Assembly: GCA_951406725.2 (NCBI GenBank)
Contig: OX597841.1
Coordinates: forward strand, 19,158,001 to 19,222,000
Length of the DNA: 64,000 nucleotides
Direction: 5' to 3'
Source: Octopus vulgaris
Lineage: Eukaryota
Below are positions 28,043 through 40,078 of the stretch, one piece after another. A program made the position numbers and the translations under genes. Each line of letters opens with the position of its first letter. The stretch's first letter is position 1. Below the pieces are notes generated by a model that was not told the DNA's origin, made no database searches, and saw only the letters and a list, made by a program, of their open reading frames with translations.

Positions 28043-28316
28043 TCATCATAATCACCATCATCATCACCACCATCATAAATATCATCATCATCATGATCAT
28101 CTCCATCACTGGTGCATTGAGTAGTAAAACTTAAGAAAAAATATGTACACATATATATACATATATATATATATGTATATATATATACATATACATACAT
28201 ATATATGTACACATATTTATGTATGTATGTATGTATGTATATACATGTGAGTGTGTGTGTGTATATGCGAATAAATCAAAATATCAACAACATACAAAGA
28301 GCAGAGCACACACACA

Positions 28317-28379
<63 letters not shown>

Positions 28380-28505
28380 GTACTCCCTTACGTCCTACTT
28401 AAACATATCTCTATATATACTCAGAGGAGTGCCTGAGTGTGTATATTCACAATACTTGAGGTATACATGCTATGATGGCCATGTTTTATGCATCCTGCTG
28501 ATTGT

Positions 28506-28572
<67 letters not shown>

Positions 28573-28852
28573 TATTTATGTGTGTATACATGTGTGCATA
28601 TATATAGAAATATATATGTATATGTACACACATATTTTATATGTATATATGTATATATACCTATATATATATTTATGTATACATATTTGTATGTATATAC
28701 ACAGTTGACTTACCCAACATGCCATCTATATATATTGTATATGTTATTTTGGGCGTGTTGCTTTTTGTTTTGTTTTTTTCAATTTTTCTGTAAATACCAT
28801 ATAAATTTTCATGCTGGTTGTTATACACACAGACTGATGTGTGTACTTAACT

Positions 28853-28938
<86 letters not shown>

Positions 28939-28956
28939 GTATATCTATATAGATGC

Positions 28957-29005
<49 letters not shown>

Positions 29006-29045
29006 TATACACATATATGTATATGTACGTATGTATAAATATATG

Positions 29046-29082
<37 letters not shown>

Positions 29083-29275
29083 ATATAAATATATATGAAG
29101 GCTGTGAGTGTATATTAAATGATATACACAACAAACTGGTTGTGTATTTGTGTAGATATTGATAAGTTCATGTTCTCATGAAGAGAAATAGTGTATATAA
29201 TATATAATACAATACAACACATATATGTATGAATATAGATATGTACAGATATGAGTTCATACATAAATATATATT

Positions 29276-29328
<53 letters not shown>

Positions 29329-29344
29329 AGATATAGATATATAT

Positions 29345-29398
<54 letters not shown>

Positions 29399-29551
29399 GA
29401 GGGTATAAGAGGTATTGGTATCTAGAAGACCCAAAGAGTGGCAGGTAACACTAAGTAAGTGCTATGGACAGACCATAGTTAAACTCTTGGTTCGATAGTA
29501 ACATGAGTGAGGAGTGTAATGTGGGGCCTGCATTAGCATGTATATATACGG

Positions 29552-29796
29552 TAGACAAAATGAGGTAACAAAGCCAAGGTTGTGAGCAGTTTTCAGGACA
29601 TATATATTCTCTGTATTCCCTATCTCTTCCTTTTCCATAATAATTCCTTATTTTGAACTCAAATATTTATCTCTATTTAACTGTCTCACACTGTCTCTGA
29701 TGAAGGGATATCCATAATATCCCAGAAACAGCTGTAAGGCTTATAAATATCTTGAAAATTCCCCACAGTCTTGGCTTTGTTATCTTATCTTGTCTA
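29552..29796 (+). mobile_element. Penelope-like/retrozyme-type element with diverged inverted arms
   Basis: tagacaa..taacaaagccaag (from 29552) pairs with cttggctttgtta..ttgtcta (to 29796) and encloses an intact hammerhead. Confidence 0.65.
29693..29740 (+). ncRNA. Minimal type-I hammerhead ribozyme, intact core
   Basis: GTCT-CTGATGA-A-GGGATAT-CCATA-ATATCCC-A-GAAA-C-AGCT-GTA-AGGC. 4-bp helix I (one G-U), 7-bp helix II, palindromic AGCU loop, GUA triplet with predicted cut after 29736. Confidence 0.8.
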
Positions 29797-30004
29797 ATAT
29801 ATACACACACACATACACACACATACACACACACATGTATATACATATACACACATATATTCAACAACACCTGTTGAGATAAACACAACGGTGTTATTTT
29901 CTATTACAAGTATTTTTACTTCCCCTTTCATCTTCTCTCACAACTGCTTTGGTATATGCATGTGTATGTGTGTGTACATATATATATACATTTTATATAT
30001 ATAT

Positions 30005-30066
<62 letters not shown>

Positions 30067-30254
30067 TATCAATAATAATAAAGGGCAAAATTAATTAATT
30101 AATTAGTAATTAATAATTTTAACAAGCAGTGTTCAGTATGTAAAAGGACCATTTACGGTAAATTCTAAATGTTCGGTATGTAGTAAAGCATAATAATAAT
30201 AATAATAATAATAATAAAGGTAAAGAACAAAAACCGATGAATGGATCATATGCT

Positions 30255-30347
30255 CTCTTAACAATGTCTCTTGAGGAGGTGTTGTTATGATATACCATCA
30301 TACAAGCAGTTACTTCAGTGCAATAACCTCCCAGGTCATCAGGCAAC
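30255..30347 (-). other. Degenerate hammerhead-like motif with branched helix II
   Basis: Minus strand: CTGATGA-CCTGGGAGGT...ACCTCCTCAA-GAGA-CATTGTT. GAAA is mutated and helix I is not evident. Confidence 0.35.
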
Positions 30348-30621
30348 ACTATGCAGGTCAATATTTGGTGTGCGGTTAGACATAGCAGCATATCAAGTAA
30401 TTTGCCTGTGTGTGGCGACCTGATGAGTTGGGAGGGAATCGTGTTCCAATATATTGCATTCTCTTATAAATGTTTCACATCTTACACATGACTGAATGTA
30501 CGATGTTACATCCCCAAAAATATCTGTTAATGTAACATTATAGTGGGACCAAACAAACCCCTCATATCTTTCTTGTATATATGTGTGTGTATGTATATCT
30601 ATATCTATATCTATCTATCTA

Positions 30622-30666
<45 letters not shown>

Positions 30667-30683
30667 GTGTGTGTGTGTGTGTA

Positions 30684-30714
<31 letters not shown>

Positions 30715-31021
30715 GTGTGTGTGCATACATACATACACACACGTATTATATTCTCCTGTCCAACGTACTATCAGCATCCTTGATAAAATTTATTAAAAGG
30801 AAAACATCCGTATTTTTTTGTTTTCGTTTTTGTTGTCACTGTTGCCCTTTCACTTCATTTTGATTATTGTTATTATTATTATTGTTATTATTATTATTAT
30901 TTTATTTTCATTATTATTATTTATCATTTATTATTATTGACATTATTGTTGTTGTTGTTATTAATAATGATGATGATAATGATAATGATAATAATAATAA
31001 TGATGATAATGATAATGATAA

Positions 31022-31110
31022 GGCCTACCAATGTATACTATGAGTTTCTTTGCCCTAGGAGTCGGGAAGACACTCGGCAAGAAATGGAAGCAAATTTGAA
31101 AGAAGAAGAA
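31022..31110 (+). mobile_element. 3' tip of R4/Dong LINE subfamily 2 in a (TAA/TGA)n tract
   Basis: ggcctaccaat..tgagtttctttgccctaggagtcgggaagacactcggcaagaaatggaag matches the 3' UTR of 62761-63133(-). Confidence 0.8.
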
Positions 31111-31657
31111 AAACCCATAAATAATAATAATAATAATAATGATTACAGAAATGATAAGATGAAGAATGAACGAAGCCTTTATTTCAGTGATATTGAAAGA
31201 ATATTGACCAAATTGCTTTCTGACTCAAGCTCCTTGTTATGTGTGGGTCTCACACAACACCTATATTTATTACAGTTTTACTAGTGCCCAACGGCATCTT
31301 TGTTAGTTTTTCACTCCCATGGCAGTGATATCCCTGTTGTTTTTATTGCACTGTTGTGATAATTCTGTTATTATCTCATAAAGTTGATGGAGGGTGGGGG
31401 GGATACATATCATATTTTTTTTTTTCGTTTGTTTTGGGTTTTGTTTTTCTTGTCCATGTCACTCAAACTAGTTTTGTGGATAATTTGCCACCGTATTTTA
31501 TTATTGCACGGCTGTTGGATACAGTCACTACTTGGCAATGTGTCTGGTTATCATCCTTTCTTATGATATCTCAGCTGTAATCCCAACACACAAAAGCATG
31601 CACACATAGAAACATCCACAAACATATTTATATATATCTATATGTGTGTATATACAA

Positions 31658-31710
<53 letters not shown>

Positions 31711-31986
31711 TATATATATACATCTCATAAGTTCCAATGTGTGAAACGTTTATGTGTGCACTCATAAAAAGCTTGTGTGCTATTTATTCCAGCTCCCACT
31801 TGTTGCCATCTTCCAGATTAATTTTGTGAGATGGTTATTTGCTTGATGCTGCAATAACATAGGATGAATATAGAAATGACAAGAACTTTTCAATGGAAAT
31901 TTTTAACTCCTTTAATATGTTGCTACATACGTTTCCACGATGCACATAGTTTTTGCTACAGCATTCCCCATCCATAAGACATTCCA

Positions 31987-32031
31987 AATATGATTTTTAC
32001 TATCCATGGATTTTAAAGGGAACCATTATTA

Positions 32032-32094
<63 letters not shown>

Positions 32095-32192
32095 ACATAT
32101 ATACACATACACATACACACAGAGAAACATGTTCACTCAAAAGCTTTAATATGATTTTTACTATCCATGGATTTTAAAGGGAACCATTATTA

Positions 32193-32237
<45 letters not shown>

Positions 32238-32309
32238 TGTATGTATGTATGTATGTATACATATATACACATACACATACACACAGAGAAACATGTTCAC
32301 TCAAAAGCT
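31987..32309. repeat. ~160-bp tandem duplication (31987-32145 / 32148-32309)
   Basis: aatatgatttttactatccatgg...gttcactcaaaagct occurs twice and differs only around the internal (TA)n. Confidence 0.9.
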
Positions 32310-32863
32310 ACTTTAATAAATGTTAACGCACCCTTCTAAATTTTAAAAGGTCCAAGTGTTTCACACAACACCCTCACACTCACTCCCACCATGGCCACCC
32401 CGTATGGCAAACTCAGCTGCCCTTCCTCAACCCCTCTTCTCTCCATCCAGTATTAACAACCCTTTGTCTGTGTATCCCTAACAACAATGAAAAATGGAAA
32501 AAAAAAAAGTAAAGAGAGAAACCATAAATTATTTATCTATTTTGCACCTGTTTTAATTTCATTTTTCTTTTTCTTTTTGTTTTAACCATATCTTATGTTT
32601 ATGCGAATTCTCGCAGATCCTTCACCTGCCCTCCGCCCATAATCACCCACACACACAACAATCACCAAAACTGCTTTAAACAACCATTCACCTCCAAAAG
32701 CACCACTGCTGCCACAAACCACCACCAACACCACCACCACCACCACTGGTACCATCTTTCGGCATCTATTGTATTTAACACATGGCAGTGGTATGCTACA
32801 ATATATATCTGTATTTATTTATATATATATATATATATGTGTGTGTGTGCATGTGTGTGTGTG

Positions 32864-32907
<44 letters not shown>

Positions 32908-33022
32908 TACATACATATACACATACCTATATATGAATATATATACATATCTATACAAGTGTATGTATGTATATATATATATATATATATATCAATATAT
33001 ATGTATGTGTATATATATACAT

Positions 33023-33075
<53 letters not shown>

Positions 33076-33178
33076 ATTTGTATGTATGTATGTATGTTGA
33101 AGGCAGTGAGCTGTCAGAATGGTTAGCATGCCAAGCAAAAATAGTTAGCAGCTTTTCGTCCATCTTTTACATTCTGAG

Positions 33179-33247
<69 letters not shown>

Positions 33248-33383
33248 CTTACTGCTGTCAGACTCACTTTTATAGACACTTCAATCCATAACATATTTAG
33301 CATACATATATAATATATATATATATATTCACACATTCATGTATACCCATATAAATATATATGCATGTATACACACATACATC

Positions 33384-33429
<46 letters not shown>

Positions 33430-33726
33430 ACACACACATATATGCTTGTATATGTATGCATGCATGTATATTTTATACATATATGTGTTGCGCACACCAC
33501 ACAAATCTTATACGGATATTCACACAATTTTGTTATAAATAATTCAACTGAAAGAAAAACAAGAAAAATCTTTGATGTATATAAAAAATAAAATATATAT
33601 ATATATATATTTGCATATATACATAGATATATACATACAGATATATATGTGTATATATATATACATACATTTGTATGTGTGTATATGTATACGCATAAAT
33701 ATATATATATATATATATAAATATAG

Positions 33727-33771
<45 letters not shown>

Positions 33772-33895
33772 CACTCATGACACATATCAATATATATATA
33801 TGTATTACATATCAATATATATGATACATATCAAAATGATACATATCAATATATGTAAGTATGTGTATATATATACATACATACATATAAATAAT

Positions 33896-33991
<96 letters not shown>

Positions 33992-33999
33992 TGTGTGTG

Positions 34000-34039
<40 letters not shown>

Positions 34040-34331
34040 TACATATACACATACTTACATACACACATACACACACAACACATCCAAGTGTATGTTAATT
34101 TATATTCGTTGAAATTTTGTTTTCAATGATTTGTGTAACTGGTTGTTTTTTCTGATATTTTTTATTTAATATTTTTTTTTATTTTTTATTGATTTAAAAT
34201 TTTATTCGTTTTTTTTTTTTGTTTTCTATGTTTAATAAAAGTTAGATAAAAAATCTAAAACTCAGCACCTGTTGTCTTTTTTTATCTCATACTATCTACC
34301 TATCTGTCTACCTGTTTAACTAATCTATCTT

Positions 34332-34372
<41 letters not shown>

Positions 34373-34384
34373 TTATCTTACATA

Positions 34385-34454
<70 letters not shown>

Positions 34455-34458
<4 letters not shown>

Positions 34459-34764
34459 CGTGATCACCGTGATCGACCAGTCTATCAGATGTTGCTACAC
34501 ATCGCTGGTCACAATGTGCTTCAAATTGTTTTAGCTTTCAAATGACGCCACCCCACTGGCTAAGCGGGCAGGCCAACAGTAGAAAGAGTGAGAGAAAGTA
34601 GCAGCAAAAGAGTACAGCAGGGATCGCCACCACCCCTGCCAGAGCCTCGTCGAGTTTTAGGTGTTTTCGCTCAATAAACACTCACAATGCCCGGTCTGGG
34701 AATCAAAACCGTGATACTATGACCGTGAGTCCGCTGCCCTAACCACTGGGCCATTGCGCCTCCA
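34455..34764 (-). mobile_element. tRNA-derived SINE family B
   Basis: Minus-strand head ggaggcgcaatggcccagtggttagggcagcggactc (A-box) and a B-box-like ggttt(c)gattccc. Homologous copies at 36285, 37455, 42718 and 51473. Confidence 0.85.
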
Positions 34765-34837
34765 CATATATATTTTTCTATATTAGAGACCACTATATTT
34801 TTGTATTTTATATATCTATATATATATATATAAATAT

Positions 34838-35003
34838 CATCATCATCATCGTTTAACGTCCGTTTTCCATGCTAGCATGGGTTGGACAGTTCAACTGGGG
34901 TCTGGGAAGCCAGAAGGCTGTGCCAGGACCAGTCTGATCTGGCAGTGTTTCTACAGTTGGATGCCCTTCCTAACACCAACCACTCTAGAGTGTAGTGGGT
35001 CCT
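34838..35003 (-). mobile_element. SINE-like family D, 3' part
   Basis: catcatcgtttaacgtccgttttccatgctagcatgggttggac. Confidence 0.8.
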
Positions 35004-35034
35004 TTATATATATATATATATATATATATAAATT

Positions 35035-35234
35035 ATGAGATGCTGAAAAAGATCCTGACTTGGGAGAAAAGAAAATCCAGAAGGATCAGTTAATTATGAT
35101 TTTATTCAACATAATCCCCCTCTCAGATTCACACACTTATTGCAGTGGTCCTTTAATGATTCCCAGCCTTGTAAAAGAACTCAGAACTAGGCCTTTTGAA
35201 ATACCCTTAATGCCAAGAATTTTAAAATACCCCC

Positions 35235-35240
<6 letters not shown>
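35035..35240. mobile_element. Mariner-type MITE, diverged copy
   Basis: Homologous to 37217-37441 (ggatcagtta.ttatgattttattcaacataat.cccc.ctcagattcacacacttattgcagtggtcct). Confidence 0.7.
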
Positions 35241-35274
<34 letters not shown>

Positions 35275-35581
35275 CCACAGTAAATAAGGTACTCAATATG
35301 GCAGAGTAAATTATATATATATATATATATATAGGAAGCTTGGTGTCAAGAATAGTTTTGGCATTTATACATTAGGCAGATTTAATGGGGTGGTGGTGGG
35401 GGACTTTTTGGGGTAGGCAGGGCACAACTGTCTTTCTTAGGGGAGTGGTCAAAAGAATCAGTGATAAAGTAGATAAATGAATAAATAGAATAATAGAATA
35501 GAGTTTTTGGTAAATAAGAAGACTATCATATATATATATATATATATACATATATACATACACATATGTATATATATATAC

Positions 35582-35613
<32 letters not shown>

Positions 35614-35730
35614 TCATACATACACACACATATACATACACACATATATACATACTAGGTATATATATATAGGTAAATATATATGTATGCATAACAGAGT
35701 GGAGTTGTAGGGTATCGCATGAGTGGAATT

Positions 35731-36233
35731 ATATATGAAAGAAGGTTTGAAAATGCAATTTTAAAAGATGTTTAGTTACTTTACCGGTTTCACTCTTTAG
35801 AAAAATATTGTCAAAAGTAACATGTAGAAGTTTGGTTGTGTTAATTATTGGTTGTCACAAATTGCTACAATACATATATACAGTCTTTGGTAACAAGGAC
35901 ATGTTAAGGACATAAAAATGTTTAACAAGTTCATGAAAATATTGGGCACAAAAGATTCCAACATCAATATACATTCTCAAGAAAATGTTAAAGATAGTTT
36001 CCAGAAGGAATTATTAAAAAGTTCAGTGGAATATTGGTATTATATCTGTATATTCAAACACGCACAGAATATTGGTTGTCACAAAATACTACAATACATA
36101 TATACATATATTCTTTACATATATTCAACCAAACTTTTACATGTTACTTTTGACAATCTTTTTCTAAAGAGTGAAACCGGTAAAGTAAATAAACATCTTT
36201 TAAAATTGCATTTTCAAACCTTCTTTCGTATAT
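35731..36233. mobile_element. Penelope-like element end: ~108-bp inverted arms (35731-35838 / 36126-36233) plus ~37-bp direct repeat (35846 / 36070)
   Basis: Arms and direct repeat were read directly from the sequence. Both arms contain the variant hammerhead. Confidence 0.8.
36144..36188 (+). ncRNA. Minimal hammerhead with variant U3-A8 core (mirror copy at 35776-35820, minus strand)
   Basis: TTACTT-TTGACAA-TCTTT-TTCT-AAAGA-GT-GAAA-CCG-GTA-AAGTAA. Perfect 6-bp helix I, 5-bp helix II, ACCGGU palindrome, GUA triplet. Confidence 0.65.
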
Positions 36234-36240
36234 ATGTATG

Positions 36241-36273
<33 letters not shown>

Positions 36274-36284
36274 ATATATATATA

Positions 36285-36596
36285 TCACTGTGATCACCGT
36301 GGTCGACCAGGCTATCAGATGTTACTACACATCGCTGGGTCACAATGCACTTCGCATTGTTTTAGCCTTCAAATGATGCCACCCCGCTAGCTAAGCGAGC
36401 AGGCCAACAGAAGAAAGAGTGAGAGAAAGTTGTGGCGAAATAGTACAGCAGGGATCGTCACCACCCTCTGCCGGAGCCTCATGGAGCTTTAGGTGTTTTC
36501 ACTCAAAAAACATTCACAATTCCCGGTCTGGGAATCAAAACCGCGATCCTAAGACCGCTAGTTCGCTGCCCTAACCACTGGGCCATTGCGCCTCCA
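36285..36596 (-). mobile_element. tRNA-derived SINE family B
   Basis: Near full-length match to 34455-34764. Confidence 0.85.
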
Positions 36597-36787
36597 CATA
36601 CACACACACATATATATATAAATGGATGAATGAATTATCTTTTGTTTACCATTAACATAGAAAATTCAATAAACAGTTACCAGGGTAGCAAAATTCACGC
36701 AAGTAACACGGATGAAGCGACCTATTCAAAGGTAGAAACTCCAGGTTAATGTGCAGTAATTTGTATAGTATATATATATATATATAT

Positions 36788-36960
36788 TTAGTTAATCCAA
36801 ACAAGAAAGCACAAAAAAACACAACGCGAAGACATGGAACAAATGTAGTATTATTGGACGCTCAGGAAAGAAGGAAAGAAGGAGGGTTTAATGTTTCGAG
36901 CGGAGCTCTTCATCGGAAACATAGGAGAAGGAAAGATCCAGAGAAGGGAAGACAGAGGAA
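36788..36960 (-). mobile_element. Family H1, copy 3
   Basis: Minus-strand motif GTTT-CCGATGA-AGAGCTCCGCTC-GAAA-CATT-AAAC at 36886-36920; (TA)n on both sides. Confidence 0.8.
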
Positions 36961-37055
36961 AATATATATATATATATACATGTATATATACATACATATA
37001 TATATACATATATATATATACATATATATATACATATATATACATATATATATAT

Positions 37056-37136
<81 letters not shown>

Positions 37137-37175
37137 CATATATATATATATACATACATATATATATATACATAC

Positions 37176-37216
<41 letters not shown>

Positions 37217-37220
<4 letters not shown>

Positions 37221-37441
37221 AGGGTGGGATTGGAAAGTTCCTGACTTGGGGTTAAAGAAAACATGAGAGGGATCAGTTAGTTATGATTTTATTCAACATA
37301 ATTCCCCCCTCAGATTCACACACTTATTGCAGTGGTCCTTCAATCATTCTCAGCCTTGTAAAAAGAACTTGGATGGTAGGGCCTCTAACTAGGTCTATTG
37401 CAATACCCTTAAAGCCAGCAACTTTACAGCACCCCTTGGTA
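37217..37441. mobile_element. Mariner-type MITE
   Basis: Imperfect TIRs ta-agagggtgggattggaaagttcctgactt / aaagccagcaactttacagcaccccttgg-ta in TA context; second copy at 35035. Confidence 0.7.
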
Positions 37442-37454
37442 TATATATATTAGA

Positions 37455-37660
37455 TTCGAATGACGCCACCCCGCTGGCTAAGCGAGCAGGCCAACAGAAG
37501 AAAGAGTGAGAGAAAGAGTGGTGAAAGAGTACAGCAGGGATCATCACCCCCTACTGGAGCCTCGTGGAGCTTTTTAGGTGTTTTTCGCTCAATAAACACA
37601 CACAACACCCGGTCTGGGAATCGAAACCGCTGCCCTAACAACTGAGCCATTGCGCCTCCA
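37455..37660 (-). mobile_element. SINE family B with internal deletion
   Basis: Matches 34540-34764. Confidence 0.8.
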
Positions 37661-38059
37661 CATATATATATATATATATATAATTATAACAATGAGGGAC
37701 TTTGCAACAAGTTGCTAGACCACATACCGAAAGTATTAGAAATAGCAGCCAGAGGACTGTTATTTCTTTTACTACAAAAATATGTCCCCATCGACAACAG
37801 TATTTGTAACTCATTATATGGCAAAAATAACGAAATCAAACAGTCCACGGTCAATTATGGACGCATACGTTTCTGGATTAGAATCATAAGATTCATTTCC
37901 TTCATCAACATAATATTCCGATAAATAAATCTAGAAATGCTAGGAAATCTTACCATCCATATTTCCGACCAGGCGACATCGGAGCATACAGAAGCTAATC
38001 AGCATATCCACATTTATATAGATAAGTGAATTAGCATATATATATATATATATATATAT

Positions 38060-38745
38060 TATTATTTTATGTAGAAAAATACAAACTGGGACAAGAACGT
38101 AAAAAACATTTAGAAGACGATACAAAAAACACGGATGGGACATTCGAAGCCTTCAGTCTTCAGTCAAGAACCGGATCATCCTCGCAATTTCGGCTGATTA
38201 ATCTTGAGATCGCTCCATCCAGCCAGCCCCAAGGAAAAACTAATCTACGAGCATTAGATTTCTTGGAAGAAGGATCGAATGTATACGAAAGAGGGACAGA
38301 AAAATGGACGATGCCACACGAATATAAATACAAAAAACAATAATGGTAAAAACAGGACAAAAACAGCGGGTGCCTTACGACTAATAAACAGTACAACAAG
38401 TTTAGCTGACGTATTTTGGAAAAATGCCTTTATCGGCAGACGAAGACAACAGATGTTCTCACGGCAGTGGTCGGAAGCCAAAAGGCTGATTTTGACCAGC
38501 GGTCACGTGAGGGAAGAGAGAGAAAAGAAAGGGGGCAAAGGAAACAAAGAGAGAGAGAAAAAGAGGGACGAAGGCAACAAAGAGGGGAGAAGAGAAAGAA
38601 AGAAGGAATTAAAGAGGGGAGAAGAAAGAGTGCGTGCCAAGGAGGGCTAGTGAGTGCAAAGTGAGAAAGACAGAGAAATGTGAGAGAGTGGGGTGGGGGG
38701 AGAGTAGACCAAAGAATCAGAGGCAAGAAAAGAGAAAAGGAGAAG

Positions 38746-38777
<32 letters not shown>

Positions 38778-38900
38778 AGGGGACAGATCAAAGTAGAGAA
38801 ATGTAGGAGAGAGAGACAGTGTGTAGAGTCGTACCAAATTTTATAGGAATATGTACTTACATATAAGGCCAACGGGGGTACGGACGTCGCTACATATATA
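38060..38900. mobile_element. Unclassified ~840-bp CpG-rich insertion between (TA)n tracts
   Basis: Composition shift with retained CpGs and a purine-rich AG segment at 38510-38820. No recognisable ORF. Confidence 0.4.
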
Positions 38901-39350
38901 TATCAGAACTGACCTGGGGCTAAACAACAAGGAAGCACACATTAGATAATGTAGTCCTAGATACACTATGTCTGAATAAAAGACATAATGGTCACAACTG
39001 GAACATCTTTGATCATAGGTCTACTGGATCAGGACTGACCTGGGGCTAAACCACAACAACCAGTGCTCGTTATGTGTGGTTGATCATAAAGATTAAGGAT
39101 TTTCTCATTTGAGTGTTTAAAGCTTGAAAGCTTGAACAAACGTTCTCTCTGACTTTGTCTCTTCTTCTACAGATTTATTAATGATTAATGATTGTTTGCC
39201 AACATGATATGGCAGTCCTGGTTTAGGATGAATGTTGCTGTAATTTAGCCCCACCTGGAGACATCATCTCCAGCTGGCTGTACAATACGATCTGTGTCCT
39301 TATATTTTCAAACAAAGGAATCTAGCACCCCAACTCAGCTCAAAACAATA

Positions 39351-39396
39351 TCTGTGTATCGCGATTTCTGGGTTATTTCTCTTCATCAGCACCAGA
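39351..39396 (-). ncRNA. Minimal type-I hammerhead ribozyme, intact core
   Basis: Minus strand: TCTGGTG-CTGATGA-A-GAG-AAATAA-CCC-A-GAAA-T-CGCG-ATA-CACAGA. Helix I GTG/CAC plus TCT/AGA, palindromic AUCGCGAU helix III, AUA triplet, one A-C mismatch in helix II. Confidence 0.65.
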
Positions 39397-39682
39397 ACTG
39401 CCTTGTTATGTTGGCAAATAATCTTTACTCCCAAAGTACTGTTACTAAATATCTCTCGTGAGATTTACAAATAGTAATTTTCTAACCTCGTTAACACTTA
39501 ATATTTATCACCCATTAAAACCGATATCTTCAATCTCCAACCACAATTAGCCCTCACTCCGATCCCCCTTTCTAGCTCTGCCTTCCTTGACACGTTTACA
39601 CTCTGGCTCGTTTAACTTTTTATTTTATGTAAAGTAACTGTGTGTGTGTGGAGGTAACAACCGCAGAGCATCTTCTGTAATA

Positions 39683-40021
39683 TCCTTTCTACGAAAGGCA
39701 CAAGGCCTGGAATTGTGGGGGAGGGGACTAGTTGATTACATCGACCCCAGTGTCTTACTGGTACTTATTTTATTGGTCCGAAACTGACGGATTTTGAACT
39801 CAGAATGTACTTTTCTACTATAGGCAAAAGACCCAAAACTTTGGGGGAGGGGCCCAGTCGATTACATCAACCCCAGTATGCAACTGGTACTTAATTTATT
39901 TACCCCGAAAGGATGAAAGGCAAAGTCAACCTCAGTGGAATTTGAACTCAGAACGTAAAGACAGATGAAATAGTGCTAAGCATTTCGCCCAGCATGCTAA
40001 TGTTTCTGCCAGCTCACCACC

Positions 40022-40023
<2 letters not shown>
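39683..40023 (-). mobile_element. Two adjacent SINE family C copies
   Basis: cgaccccag..actggtactta.ttta..ccccgaaaggatgaaaggcaaagtc..ggaatttgaactcagaacgt. Confidence 0.85.

Positions 40024-40076
<53 letters not shown>

Positions 40077-40078
<2 letters not shown>

Noticed and set aside
35918-36376. 152-aa ORF inside the inverted-repeat element as a possible GIY-YIG remnant
   Set aside because: No GIY-YIG or RT motif recognised; it runs through a microsatellite into a SINE.
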